From assembly GCF_964204645.1 (NCBI RefSeq), contig NC_134027.1:8526485-8590484 (forward strand): a stretch of 64,000 bases of DNA. Direction: 5' to 3'. The notes beneath the pieces are model-generated. The model saw nothing but the letters and a program-made list of their open reading frames with translations. It made no database searches and had not been told where the DNA came from. A program made the translations under genes and the position numbers. The stretch is from Tubulanus polymorphus (lineage: Eukaryota > Animalia > Nemertea). Below, piece after piece: positions 29,001 to 39,700 of the stretch (its first letter is position 1; the number at the start of each line of letters is the position of its first letter).

Positions 29001-32000
29001 ACGCAGAGGTAATCTCGACTCACGGCCGGTGATGTTACAGAAGACCGTGTTGTTATACGTGATCGCCTCACCGGGTTTGAATATAACATTCACTTCGAGC
29101 GAAGAGTTCGGCCAGATGTCGCCCTCAATCGGGTCGAGTTTGAATACGTCGTCGTTAAACACCATTTTATCATCGGTAACTCTCTAAAATTTTTCAATGA
29201 ATATCATTTAACCAGATCAAAGGGTTTCTCTTGAGTTTCTCAACTGATTAAAAAGCATCTATTAGCAGAATTGGGTCAAAATCAGGTAAATTATCGTCAT
29301 AAGCGATAAATGATCAATTTAGGTACCTTTCGTTTATTCATAAATGTTCGTGTGAGTAAAGAAAGTTTATCTTTCAAAGACGGATTCCATTCGCATTCTT
29401 CTAGAAATCGTTTGGTCTCAACATCTTCAGCAGTTTCCAAGTCTTTGTAGAAACTGTAGAATAATTAACCATACATGTGAAACATTTGGTGGGTCTATGA
29501 AATCGAATAGTCAAAATATGCACAGAAAAACATACTCAGATTTTTGCATATCTTCTTCTTCTTGTGTAGCATACGGTGTCCACTGGAAGTGAGCTATAAC
29601 GTCGCTCCTGTTGGTAATCGTCACCGTACGCTGATTAGCCATGGATATATACGTGTTTTCAATTCGAATCGAGTTCTTATCCAGACGTACATTTGCATCT
29701 TGAGATGCGCCGTACATACCGATATATATGTCTTCACCTTGAAAGGAAAAGACAGTTGAGATTTCAATTCATCGAACAAAAAATAAAGAAGCAAGGAGAC
29801 CAACAAATGAGGCCATTAACCCTTTCAGTGCGTCTAAGCCGCAGTGCTGTGTATAAATTGGTGATGGACTTTGCTAGTACACTGCAGTGCGGTGTATCAA
29901 TGTAATTAGTAATTCTATCTCTTTTTTTATCTCTTATGAAAGATGGCAACACAATAAAATATTAACTAACAATACACCACAGAGCGGTGTGGACACATCA
30001 CAGCCGTGTGTCTGTTATTCAACACATCAGGATGGAATTCTTTGGAATTTGCAAATTACCTCCAGCTATTGAGGGTGATGATTAGTCAGCACTGAAAGGG
30101 TTAAGAGTATTGAAATTGGTTCAAGATAGGTGAATTGGATAGACAGATCATCTACAATACCTGTGTCATATGATAAGATGAGATCTGTGCCGTGATCTCC
30201 AACTGTCATCGGTTTAAATTCGACAGTTACTTGCATGCTTTCGTTAACCGGCAGTATTCCATTTTCAGGACTCACGCAGAATGGGCTTAAAAACATAGAA
30301 AATGATTACAGATTCACGTACAAATCACAGATATACACATAAACTCGTATCGTTTTGACAAAATGGCCTGAAAAAAGCTGGTTTTTGAAAGCGTTGACTT
30401 CAATTATAGAGAAATCATAGAGTTTATTAGGCATTCAGTATAAATAATCTCATTGTAAACATACCCATCAGTGCTTAGCGAGAATTTCGCTTCTCTGTTC
30501 CCGATATTTCGTACCAGTAGAGTTTTCGTCGAGGAGTGTTTTACCGGAGAGGCTGCGAAATGAACCTCATCAGGAAAATCGAGGATTGCTCTTGAGCCGA
30601 TACACCGTACGGGTACGATGAACTTTTCTCGTTCGGTTATGCATACAAGTTCGTGTGAATAATCCTAGAATAACATAAGCAGATTCTTGTATCAGATTCC
30701 TGAGAATACATGTATCACAGCACTTTTAGTTTCATCACTTGACAAAATTATTTGTTCTTCATTGACAAGAAATAGTGGTTTTGATAGATACTGAGCTATA
30801 CTCTTCCCTAGGTACGCCTTTCAGTCAGACGAAGGTTGTTATGATCAACTTGATATCACTCAATTTATTGACTCATTTTTAGCCTAGGGCTAAAAATAAA
30901 ATTGATACGCTGTTTCTCATGTCTGCTCAGCTTAATAGTTGACCCGGCCGGTCGCCTATCTACCCTCTACATTAATTTTTTTCAAAATCATGATCCAGCT
31001 TACCATAAGAGACCCAGCAGTAATAGAAATGAACTGATTACAAATCTTATCGCAGTTTACGAAACAACCGAGCCGATTCGGAGAAACAAGGTATCATTTT
31101 ATGTTAGCCTTATAGAAGTTACGTGCAGCCTTGTCTAAATAAACAAATACAGTTGAAAGAAAAAGGTTGTTACTTTTTTATCTTCTGGTGTGAACTGTAT
31201 ACGGAATGTAGTCGGTAAACCGGGTCCAACTTTATGACCGACATCGTGCGGACTGACGATCTTGAAGTAAGGGCTGTCGGCTTGCGTCACCTTCACCAGT
31301 CTCGGAACTTTATCGTTGTTACGAAGCAAGAACGGAACTTCATACGTTTCGAACGGTTCGTAGTTTTGAAAGAATATTTCCGAAGGGAATGGTTGGAACA
31401 TCGGGTCGTCAATCGGCACAGATGAAAACTGAAATTACAAGCAAATTAAAATCAGCTTGTTTCTGAATTTACAAATATGCAAATGCCATAAATGATAGTA
31501 GTCGAATAAACACTCTTATCTGTGTAAACTGTGGATAAATTAAGAGGTTCTACAATAAAATTTTATACGATAAGATTTATTTAAAGGAAACCACAACGTT
31601 TGGCTGTTTCGGCTGTTGACTAATAGCCATCATCAGGCGATATATCAATCCACCTGTTGATGGCTGTTGAGGCTTCGTTTTAACAAATTGTATCATATAG
31701 CCTATAATCCTTTGTGCGTCTTAATTCATTCATATGATGCTTACCTTCTGGTGAGTTGTGTCTCCCATATCCAAGAGCTCTATCTTTTTCGGATTTTTCA
31801 TTATGTGAGTATTCGCAAGTTTCTTTTCAGTGTTCAGAGACATTTGAAACATGTATCTTGAAGGCGTTAGCTGAAAGTAGAATACAAAATTCAGTAACAT
31901 ATTTTTGAAACCTTTACAAGAAAAATGTGGCAAGGAATTCAGGCCAAAGGCCTTGTACAAACCTTGAACCCATCATCATCAGTTTTCACCAGTTTGGGAT

Positions 32001-32106
32001 TTCTGGGTGCAATGACTTTACTTTTGAATTGTGGAGCTGCAGCACCCAAACAACTGAGCGTCCCGGTGGTTCCTAGAACCTCGCCAAAAGGACCTATAGC
32101 TGGCAT
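2046..32106 (-). CDS. HYDIN: Hydrocephalus-inducing protein homolog (central-pair projection protein), multi-exon with many dozens of short GT-AG introns
   Basis: Start MPAIGPFGEVLG...KVIAPRNPKLV (ATG at 32106), then LTPSRY...LANTH, FQPFPSEIFFQNYEPFETYEVP and repeated ASH/Ig-like segments. P-loop GAPMSG|KT is split across the 19728-19863 intron. A charged coiled-coil region lies at ~16500-17900 and the C-terminus ends VQWVYYLKGVTL* (stop 2046-2048). Consecutive minus-strand ORF fragments are bounded by splice sites. A non-coding first exon ends at 32638. Confidence 0.96.
4277..4372 (-). mobile_element. Degenerate tRNA-derived SINE head in a HYDIN intron
   Basis: The minus strand shows an A-box-like tggtataggccagttg, B-box GGTTCAAAC and the gtgtccccaggcaagacac hairpin typical of animal SINE bodies. 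Confidence 0.5.
5923..6078. mobile_element. MITE family A (PIF/Harbinger-like), copy 1
   Basis: TIR (c)agttgttcaaaagttg ... caacttttcagcaactggcc; shares internal sequence with the copies at 23475, 45928 and 46262. Confidence 0.8.
9053..9356. mobile_element. Foldback element with ~100-bp imperfect inverted arms; the left arm contains a Pol III B-box
   Basis: Paired segments catcctcctctggc / gcgaggggaggatg, ctcagccatggcacaaaaccctg / cagagtttcgtatcgtggcgag and aaccaggtaagcaggtacatgcgcag / ctgtgcatgtagctgcgcacttggtt. GGTTCGAATCC lies on the minus strand at ~9069-9079. Confidence 0.7.
21160..21415. mobile_element. MITE family B, copy 1, with 5-bp TSD
   Basis: Perfect 14-bp TIR CAGGGTGGCCACTT...AAGTGGCCACCCTG, flanked by TGATG on both sides; internal ttccctgac repeats. 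Confidence 0.9.
22028..22208. mobile_element. MITE family B, copy 2, with 5-bp TSD
   Basis: CAGAGAGGCCACTT...AAGTGGCCAACCTG, flanked by TTTAT on both sides; colinear with 21160-21415. Confidence 0.88.
23475..23601. mobile_element. MITE family A, copy 2
   Basis: gattgctcatatgttggtta ... aaccaacctttgagcaactggtc; body homologous to the other family A copies. Confidence 0.8.
26977..27141. mobile_element. MITE with CAGT(A/G)C termini and a probable 6-bp TSD
   Basis: Left end cagtaccgttcaaatga versus right end (reverse complement) cagtgctgtccaaatga; flanks aacatc / tacatc; internal tggtaa/ttacca repeats. Confidence 0.65.
29820..30100. mobile_element. piggyBac-type MITE
   Basis: TTAA|CCCTTTCAGTGC ... 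GCACTGAAAGGG|TTAA: perfect 12-bp TIR with CCC ends and a TTAA TSD. Confidence 0.92.
31592..31639 (-). other. Minimal (Penelope-type) hammerhead ribozyme remnant in a HYDIN intron
   Basis: Minus strand: cgc CTGATGA t ggct-attagtcaac-agcc GAAAC [agccaaac] gtt gtg. Core and stem II are intact, stem I is cgc/gtg, and an 8-nt duplication interrupts stem III. Confidence 0.45.
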
Positions 32107-32719
32107 CCTTTCCTAAAAACAATATATAATATACCACGCTAAGTTAATAGCATTGTCACCTGGTTGTTCCTAACTTAGACTTAGAGCCCTAGGTTACTAA
32201 CATGAAATATTTGAAGGTTTTGAATGACTGCAGTTTAGGTGTCCGAAATAGTCATAGTAGATAAGTTATCCTGCCTCCACAACCATGTCCACATAGCCTG
32301 GCCCTAATAATCATATCCGACATAACCCCCCTGCCCTACAATATGTACATATCCCTCTACTTACTGGCTTCATATTCAACCTTACACACTAATGGCGAAA
32401 AGGTGGCCACAAGTGCACGAAAGGAATTTTGTCTCAAGTACAGTCTTATACCAATGCAATGCCAAACAGAACACTCAAATCACATATTGATATAGAAATA
32501 CCAGAGTTTAATTTGAATTTGACTTGCTTTCTCGATTTTATTCATTTAAAAGATTCACGAATTATGAACAATTTTGTAAATTTAGAGTTACGCTTCTAAA
32601 TTAAGAACATGCAGTAATGTCGTAACAATTTATTTACCGTGTGATCTTAAGTCCTTACTGCAGTGAAAAATGCTTTACATCGAATATTGCAGTTAGTAAA
32701 CAAATATTTCTCGCAAAAC

Positions 32720-33011
32720 AATCGCCATCTTGCTTTCTGTCGTCAATAGCAACGATAACGAATTCAGAACCATCTAAAATAGTTTAGATTTAATAAGTTA
32801 TTGAAAAATAGTTATTATTTTCATAAATTAAGCTGATGTTTTGTAATATCTTGAATATATCAAGCGTATTACAAGCAGAAAACTAAATATCTTTAGTTAA
32901 CAGGCAGTCGTATAGATGGCGCTAGAAATGTAAAGCGGATTGTCAACCTTCTTTTTGAAGTGAATTATAGCCCAATTAGCGGTTACCAGTGACGCGTATC
33001 ACTGTTGAATA
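32720..33011. promoter_or_regulatory. Bidirectional HYDIN/TMEM243 promoter with RFX X-box-like, YY1 and CTCF-like motifs
   Basis: X-box-like GTCGTCaatAGCAAC (32739-32753) and GTTACCAGTGAC (32982-32993); YY1 CGCCATCTT (32723-32731); CTCF-like tagatggcgcta (32913-32924). The genes diverge within ~400 bp. Confidence 0.6.
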
Positions 33012-35558
33012 ATGTCAGCATCGGGATATGAAGATATCGGTGCAGAGAAGCCACTTTTTGGGGAACCAAGGCGTGGGGTTAGTCAAAATAATAATGATTG
33101 TCTATAAACACATAAATGTGTCAAAAGTTCCCTCAATCCAATTCAAATTTGTTTTGTTCATCGTATCCAAAGGCACTTTAATATGGGCTTTGACCTTGTT
33201 AGAGTATTGAAAATGATGAGATATAACAGTAATCTACCATAAAACATTTGCTGAGTTTGCCATCTTAATTATCCGTGATGCAACACCTGTTTTACACACG
33301 ATCCAATTAGATGCGCACTCACTCACTTACTTGAACTCGACTCTCAAGACTACCTGGTAGTAGCCCATATGAAAAATTTTTAGGCCTGATGATGATACGT
33401 ATAAGTAAATATTCATGATCTGTAAGTGTAATGATACGAAAACAGTATCGGTGTCGTCTAATAGTCATCTAGGCTAGAATTACAAATATTGTCACTGACG
33501 AAAAAAATGACACTTTTTGGACAAAAATTGATTCTTTGTCACCAACTTCGGTTGTTCTGTGTTTTGGAGATAGCTAATTACTATACAGATAGGATCATTT
33601 CGTTCCTTTCTCTATTGTGTGGTTAGATGAGGGGCGTGCGTTACATCACGGTATATTCATTATATTCAAAATGGTGGATGATCTAGAAGTTAGAATATAC
33701 AAAGCGGTGAACTATCAAATATTTTTCATTAGCAAAACCATATTCAAGTGCCTGTGATAAATTAAATCACAACAAAGTGATTCGATAAAACATAGTTTTC
33801 GTCGCGGCCAAATTTAGTTTATTTACAAATATTTTATGCGAGAATCGTTCTGAGGTTAGTTGGATAGACTGGGCAGCATGATCGGTAAATTTCCCTGGGC
33901 CCTGAGATTTGTTATATTTATTTACTATCAATATTGAAAATTTAAATCAAATCCACTTCTTATTTTTATTGAATATATTAGGTCACACAATGAATAATTT
34001 ATGAACAATTTGTGGTATATTATTTCAAGAGTGACAGATGTTACACATTTACATGAACACAATAGTTGAGGCGTATGGGTCTGTGCCTAGAAATAGTAAT
34101 TGTATATTGTTCCCAAATGAAATATTAAAAAACTTGTCATGTCCTTGTCATCGGCGATAAATCTTGAATTTATTTCTCCGCGGTTAACGATGCCTGCTTG
34201 TAGTGAACCTGCATCGCCTCCGACACCCGCCGAACTCGGGCGACAAGAGAAGGAATCTTCGGGACGGGCTTATAGGAAGTTATTCGATCGCGGAAAGGAA
34301 TATTGCTCAAATGCTATAATTTTGCAGTGTGCCAAAGTTGTGAGATATTTAGAATTGAGAATGCTGGTGGTTTTTGTTGAAACTTCTGTTCACTTATTTT
34401 TTGTCAGTCTCAAGCTCTTACAGGAACTGCTTTTGCTTTATTTCTTAACTTATTTTCTCAGTCTCAAGCTCTTTCAAGACTGCTTTTGCTATACAAAAAA
34501 ACAAGCTTTGATTAAATCAGGATACGGACAGGCTATGCATTTATGTAGATTCTAAATAACATCCAGATTAGTTCAATTCTGATCCATACGGACTAGGTCT
34601 ATCTGCACCTAATATTTTAGGGGATTCCTCTAACATTGTAGCATTAATGAAAAAATATTATTTTCTATTTTGTAGGATCGTGTTTTGAACTTAGTTGTTG
34701 GAGGAATCACATCATTGGCAGTAGGGGTAGGTAGTTTCAAGTATAAGCACAAGACTAATTGGTATGAAAATGGGGCAGTGTTCTCCATATGCTAAAATTT
34801 TCAAGGGGCTGCATTAAGATATTGTGGCTGCTGAAGTAACAAGAGGGAGCAACAAAAGCACTGGGATTCGTAGTGAAAATCAGTTCATTTTCGATGTAAT
34901 TTGAACTTGATTTTTAGGCTTCCAAAATATAAGAATTATCATCCAAGTCATCCGATAGATATAAGGTTGCCTTTCACACTCAGCACATGGTATAGATTTC
35001 ACTGAAAATTGATTTAATGATGAGAAGAGTCAATCCCAATTAAATTGAAATGGAGAAAGAAATTGAAATGCGGTAACCCAGTGCCACTAGCGATCGTGGT
35101 AGATTATCGCTGAATCCTCGCTTTCCTCAGTGGTGTTGCCGGTGTATCCCATTGATAAGATTGGCTAGTAGTAATAATAACCAAGCTTGAAATGATGCAA
35201 TTCTCTCATTTCAGATTACACTCTTTTCTTCGTTTGCATTCCCCAATTGGAAACCAGTAGGAGTGAATGTGTTTTTAGGGATTTGTTTGTTGTTTATATG
35301 CGGATCACATCTAGTTCTTGTAAGTAATGGATGGAAGTTGCTAAACATTTGCTGGAAGTTGCTAATTATAGGATGCTTATACTGCCTGTGAAAAAACTTA
35401 TCAATCATAATTTTCATTTCGTTTTTTTTTAGATATACTGGTATAGACAAGGCGATCTGGAACCGAAATTTCGGAACTTAATATATTACAATGCGTTCAC
35501 TATATTGATTCTGTGTATATGCGCGAACTTATACATTCATATGGTATCATGCCCTTGA
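33012..35558 (+). CDS. TMEM243: Transmembrane protein 243 (115 aa, 4 exons: 33012-33077, 34676-34726, 35215-35319, 35433-35558)
   Basis: Spliced translation MSASGYEDIGAEKPLFGEPRRG-DRVLNLVVGGITSLAVG-ITLFSSFAFP...-IYWYRQGDLEPKFRNLIYY...LCICANLYIHMVSCP* matches the TMEM243 signatures PLFGE, DRxxNLVVG, IYWYRQGDLEPKFR and LCICANLY. All introns are GT-AG, phase 0. AATAAA at 36118. Confidence 0.93.
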
Positions 35559-36623
35559 CGAGTAAATTGTACCGGTGGGATTTGCATGTTGTCTTCGTTG
35601 GACTGAAACAAAAAACAACTTGGAAACCGTTTTAAGCGTTTTTAGATGTAGTTGGAATGATTTTTGGCTTGCCAGTGCTAGGTGTTCAAACATTCCATTA
35701 TTGAGGGTATACCATTTTCGATGAGAAAATGACAAATTCTTCATGAGTTGAAAATATTATGGATGTTGGTTGTCCTTTGATGAAAAATGACTCCATTAAT
35801 GACTATCAATTGCTTCAGTAAATTATGTACATAATGTATATAGGCTACATGAAAAATATAAATGCAGTATGTTATGTAAGTGATATTTCGTTATGTCGTG
35901 GAAAATGTATCCATATTGAATTTGTTGTTGAAAATCAATATTATTTCGTATTATGAATGAAGTATGAGGTATAATGCATTTTTTTAGTAAAATGATTGAT
36001 GTATTGAGACGTGATCTTTCGTGTGAACCACAGCTCTTTTTAACAATTGTGGTTTTTGTGCAATTAGATTTCTCTGTTCAGTGTTGTTTTGAATAATGAT
36101 GATTTATGTGCTATGAAAATAAAGTCTATCATTTAAAGTAAATATGTATCATTTCTTTGTTGTAAGGAGACATCTTTATTCATTGGTGTCTGATCCAAGT
36201 CCGTATCCAATGTGTGCTATTGTGCCCTGGACCTTTGAATCTTTTGTTGCATTCAAAAAATCTTCGATCAATTTTAGAATGTTTGTTTTTTGCAGATCTG
36301 ATAATTGACCCGGATATGACTGGATTTCAAAGTTCTGAGAAAAAATGATATCAGGGTGTTAGGGATCGAATAAACCTTTTTTTGCGAATTTATGGGACCT
36401 AGTTAGTAACTAGTTTTACAAAACTAATTGATTGGTGATTGGTAATTTCTTGGTCAGTGGTCTATGACCTACATATGATGATGATTATATATAGGAATAA
36501 TATAGTGACGTTTCAATAAAGACATTGCCCAAGACCCGAACTTCATTTGCGTACTGCGGCATGTGAGTAAAATCCAATGAGGCAAGTCCCGTTCTTGCGT
36601 ATTTCGCTCTCGTTTCTACAAAC

Positions 36624-36634
36624 AACATGGCGGC
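36624..36634 (+). promoter_or_regulatory. YY1-type motif near the FBXL13 start
   Basis: AACATGGCGGC ~90 bp upstream of the ATG. Confidence 0.45.
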
Positions 36635-36718
36635 GTAAAAGTGTCAGGTTTAAATTTTTACTTTTTTGTACCTTTTTACCTATATTTGGACAGTGGCGCA
36701 ACGCCTCAACCTATCACG

Positions 36719-39700
36719 ATGGCAGCATCATTAAAAGGCATCGACCCGGAGTTGAAGAATTATCTGCGTATTCATAGACTCACTGACATATACGAGGTAA
36801 ATCCCGAATATTGACTTGTCAAAAATCAATCAAATTCAAATTATTTAAATTGATATTGATAAAACTAAATTTCAAATAGAGGAGTAAGCCCTAACAAGCC
36901 TCAAATTAGTTTCTGATGATACTTACATATTCATAAACATTAAAATAGAAAGCTGATGATGCGACAGCTCAAAAATGCCCGTTTTAGTTAGTTTCCTAAT
37001 TGCTGTGGGTTAGCGGTAAGCTTTTATAATCGGAATCAGATGGGCTTGTGAAAATATCCGATGATAAACCACAGACAGGTATACTGACTTGCCTGTATGC
37101 TGCAGCTTTTTTTTTGGGGGGTGTAGATATAGCTTGCCTGAAGTCACCAGGAAGTGTTGCAGAAAGCTTTAGATGCATATCCTGGCTGATTTAAAAAAAC
37201 AAATGGGAATCAAATGCAGGACAAGCAGTGATGGAAAAATCTAGTCTAATGAAATAGCAAACTTGGGGGATTTTACAGGGTAGTTGCATTACTGTTTGCG
37301 GGCCTGCAACTGATTATTTGTATCCAACAACGTCTAGATATTGGACTTGCAGTGATTGTATTGTAAGACAAAGCTGAAATGACCTTTAAACGAGTTATTA
37401 GTGTTAATATAGCTACTGCATCTGAAGAATCAATGTACTCGTTAGAGCCTATTTGCTATTGACAATCTGTGAATGATAATTCTTTTGGTCATTTCTAGGC
37501 GCTGTTGACAGGCATATCTGTGATGTGTCCTGATGATCCTTACCAATTCTTAGTAGACAAACTCACCTATCTGCGAGACTATGGTTTGGACGAATTATTC
37601 TGGTAGGTATATGGTTATAAATGAGCTGCCAAATCATTCTTTGTATGTATGAAAATAAAATTCTCATGAATTATTTTCTTCTTAGGGACTGTTTTGTTGA
37701 TGAATCCATGAAACCTAGATCCAGAATTATCACCGACAGTAATTTGGATTATGTTTTCAACCTCGAAGAACATCTGCTGGTAAATACACACCTTTATTAA
37801 GGTTATTTAAAGAATATTGCTCACTTTTTGACATACTGATGTTGGTCTATTTTTAGTATAATATCTCATCGTTAATTGTAATTCATTTGACAACTTTGTT
37901 TCCAGCCTAAAGACCCAAACGAGGTACACTGCACTAAGAATACATTTTTAATTGCACCTCATTTTTTCTATGGTGGGATTCACTTTTTATATCGGAAATC
38001 TTTTATGAGTATTAGGTCTAGGTCATAGTTTTTGCTAGTTATCTTGATAGTAGTAAAGAACATCAAATAGATTTATTATTAAAGCAAATTTTCTTTGTCA
38101 ATGTCACTGATATTTTTGGGCACTTTATTATCGCCTGTAAGGAGATTTTTCATAAAAATCAATGAATCACTTTTTTGCACTTTCTGTGGGATTATGGATG
38201 ATGAAAGATGGTGTTGGGACAAGATGATTTTGTCATCTCCATTAAGCGTGATATTTGTTCAGTGGTTAACATTTTGTTTAACTGGTTAGAAATTAAGCTA
38301 ATAACAGTTTTTCATGTGATAGCGCCTGAAAATTTTTAACATTTTTTTAGAAATCTCTGTTTCTTATAAAAATGATCTTATTATATCAAGGTGTGGTCTG
38401 TTAAACTATATCATTGCTGTTCCTCTTTTAGCCGACACCAGAGATGTACGCTATGGCTTACAGTCACTATAATAATTCGTTGAAAACAGTGTGTTTCAGG
38501 TCAGTCTCTATGGTCATATTTCATATAGATTTCGATATTAAGCTATGAATATGATCCATGATTTATGTACTCAATGAAAGAAATGCAATATCATTTCTGT
38601 AAAATTTGTGATTTTGTTACTCAAATAAAGTATCAGCTGTTTTATTTATTCATATAGTGCTTGGATGCAGTATCATTTGCGTAAACGAATGCGAAAGTTA
38701 CAGTTGCAGCGTAAAATGGCGTCTGCTGCCCAGCACCACTGTCATCAACTTCTACGCCACAATCTGCATATCTGGTTAGACTGGACTCGTTACAGAAGAG
38801 GAAGACAAGCCAGTAAGTACACTTAACTGGTTTGTACTTGACTTCTTCCGGATTCAAGTACATACCTCAAATCTCAATCCAGTTTAAACTGATCAAAATA
38901 TAAGCAATTACCGGTAACGGTATCTATACTGGATCCCTAAATCGCTAAGATTTCTTCATTTATGCAGTCATTAATTGCAAATGTAAATGATGTATTGATT
39001 TGTGGGTTCAAACTTTCTGTATTATTTCAGTGGCATTCAATAAGATTCAGCATGTGTTTAATGTAGCTGTTAGTCGCGTTATATTCCAAGCCTGGCGCAA
39101 TGTCACTCTCGATGCCAAACGTACCAGAGAATACTTCGAGGTATGTATGAACTAAATTGGCTTATATGTGTTAAGTTAGATTAGTATCAACAGGCGATTC
39201 AAGTAAATTTAGTTTCATATACTAAAGACTAGAATTATGGTAGCTACTAGTTTAATTGTATTTTTAATTTGAAATATTTTTATCAGTTGGTTAATAGTGG
39301 TTTTCCCAATTCGGGATTGAAGTTCCTTATACAACACATTTGACTGCTAAAACTTATATTTAAAAAGAAAAATCAATAAGATCAGCAAAGGAAAATCATG
39401 TTTCTCCTTTTGATACATTTATCTCGGTATAGATTTGGTCAAACGTGTTGACTAACATTTATCTGTAGTGTATTTTACAACTTTTTGCATCCTCTTTTTG
39501 CAGATAAATTTAACGGTAAATGAGTGAACTTTTTGTAGGTGATTTTGGCATGTTATTATATTTGTGTATGCGTGTGCTGTCTGGTTTTTATAAGCTAATG
39601 GTGTTGGGTTTTATTGTTTCAGTTTTTGACTATCAGTACATCAATGATAGAAATAATGATTTTCCTGCATAATTTGCAAACATCGAATTTTGAAAGGAAA

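Noticed and set aside
30780-31050. Palindrome atttttagcc-ta-gggctaaaaat and scattered C/D-like boxes
   Set aside because: No coherent snoRNA architecture or TIR/TSD could be established.
2196-32116. Many plus-strand ORFs of 60-127 aa
   Set aside because: Antisense shadows of HYDIN exons, with no splice structure or homology of their own.
34139-34555. 138-aa ORF inside TMEM243 intron 1
   Set aside because: No recognisable homology and it runs through a tandem duplication; kept only as a possible structured element.
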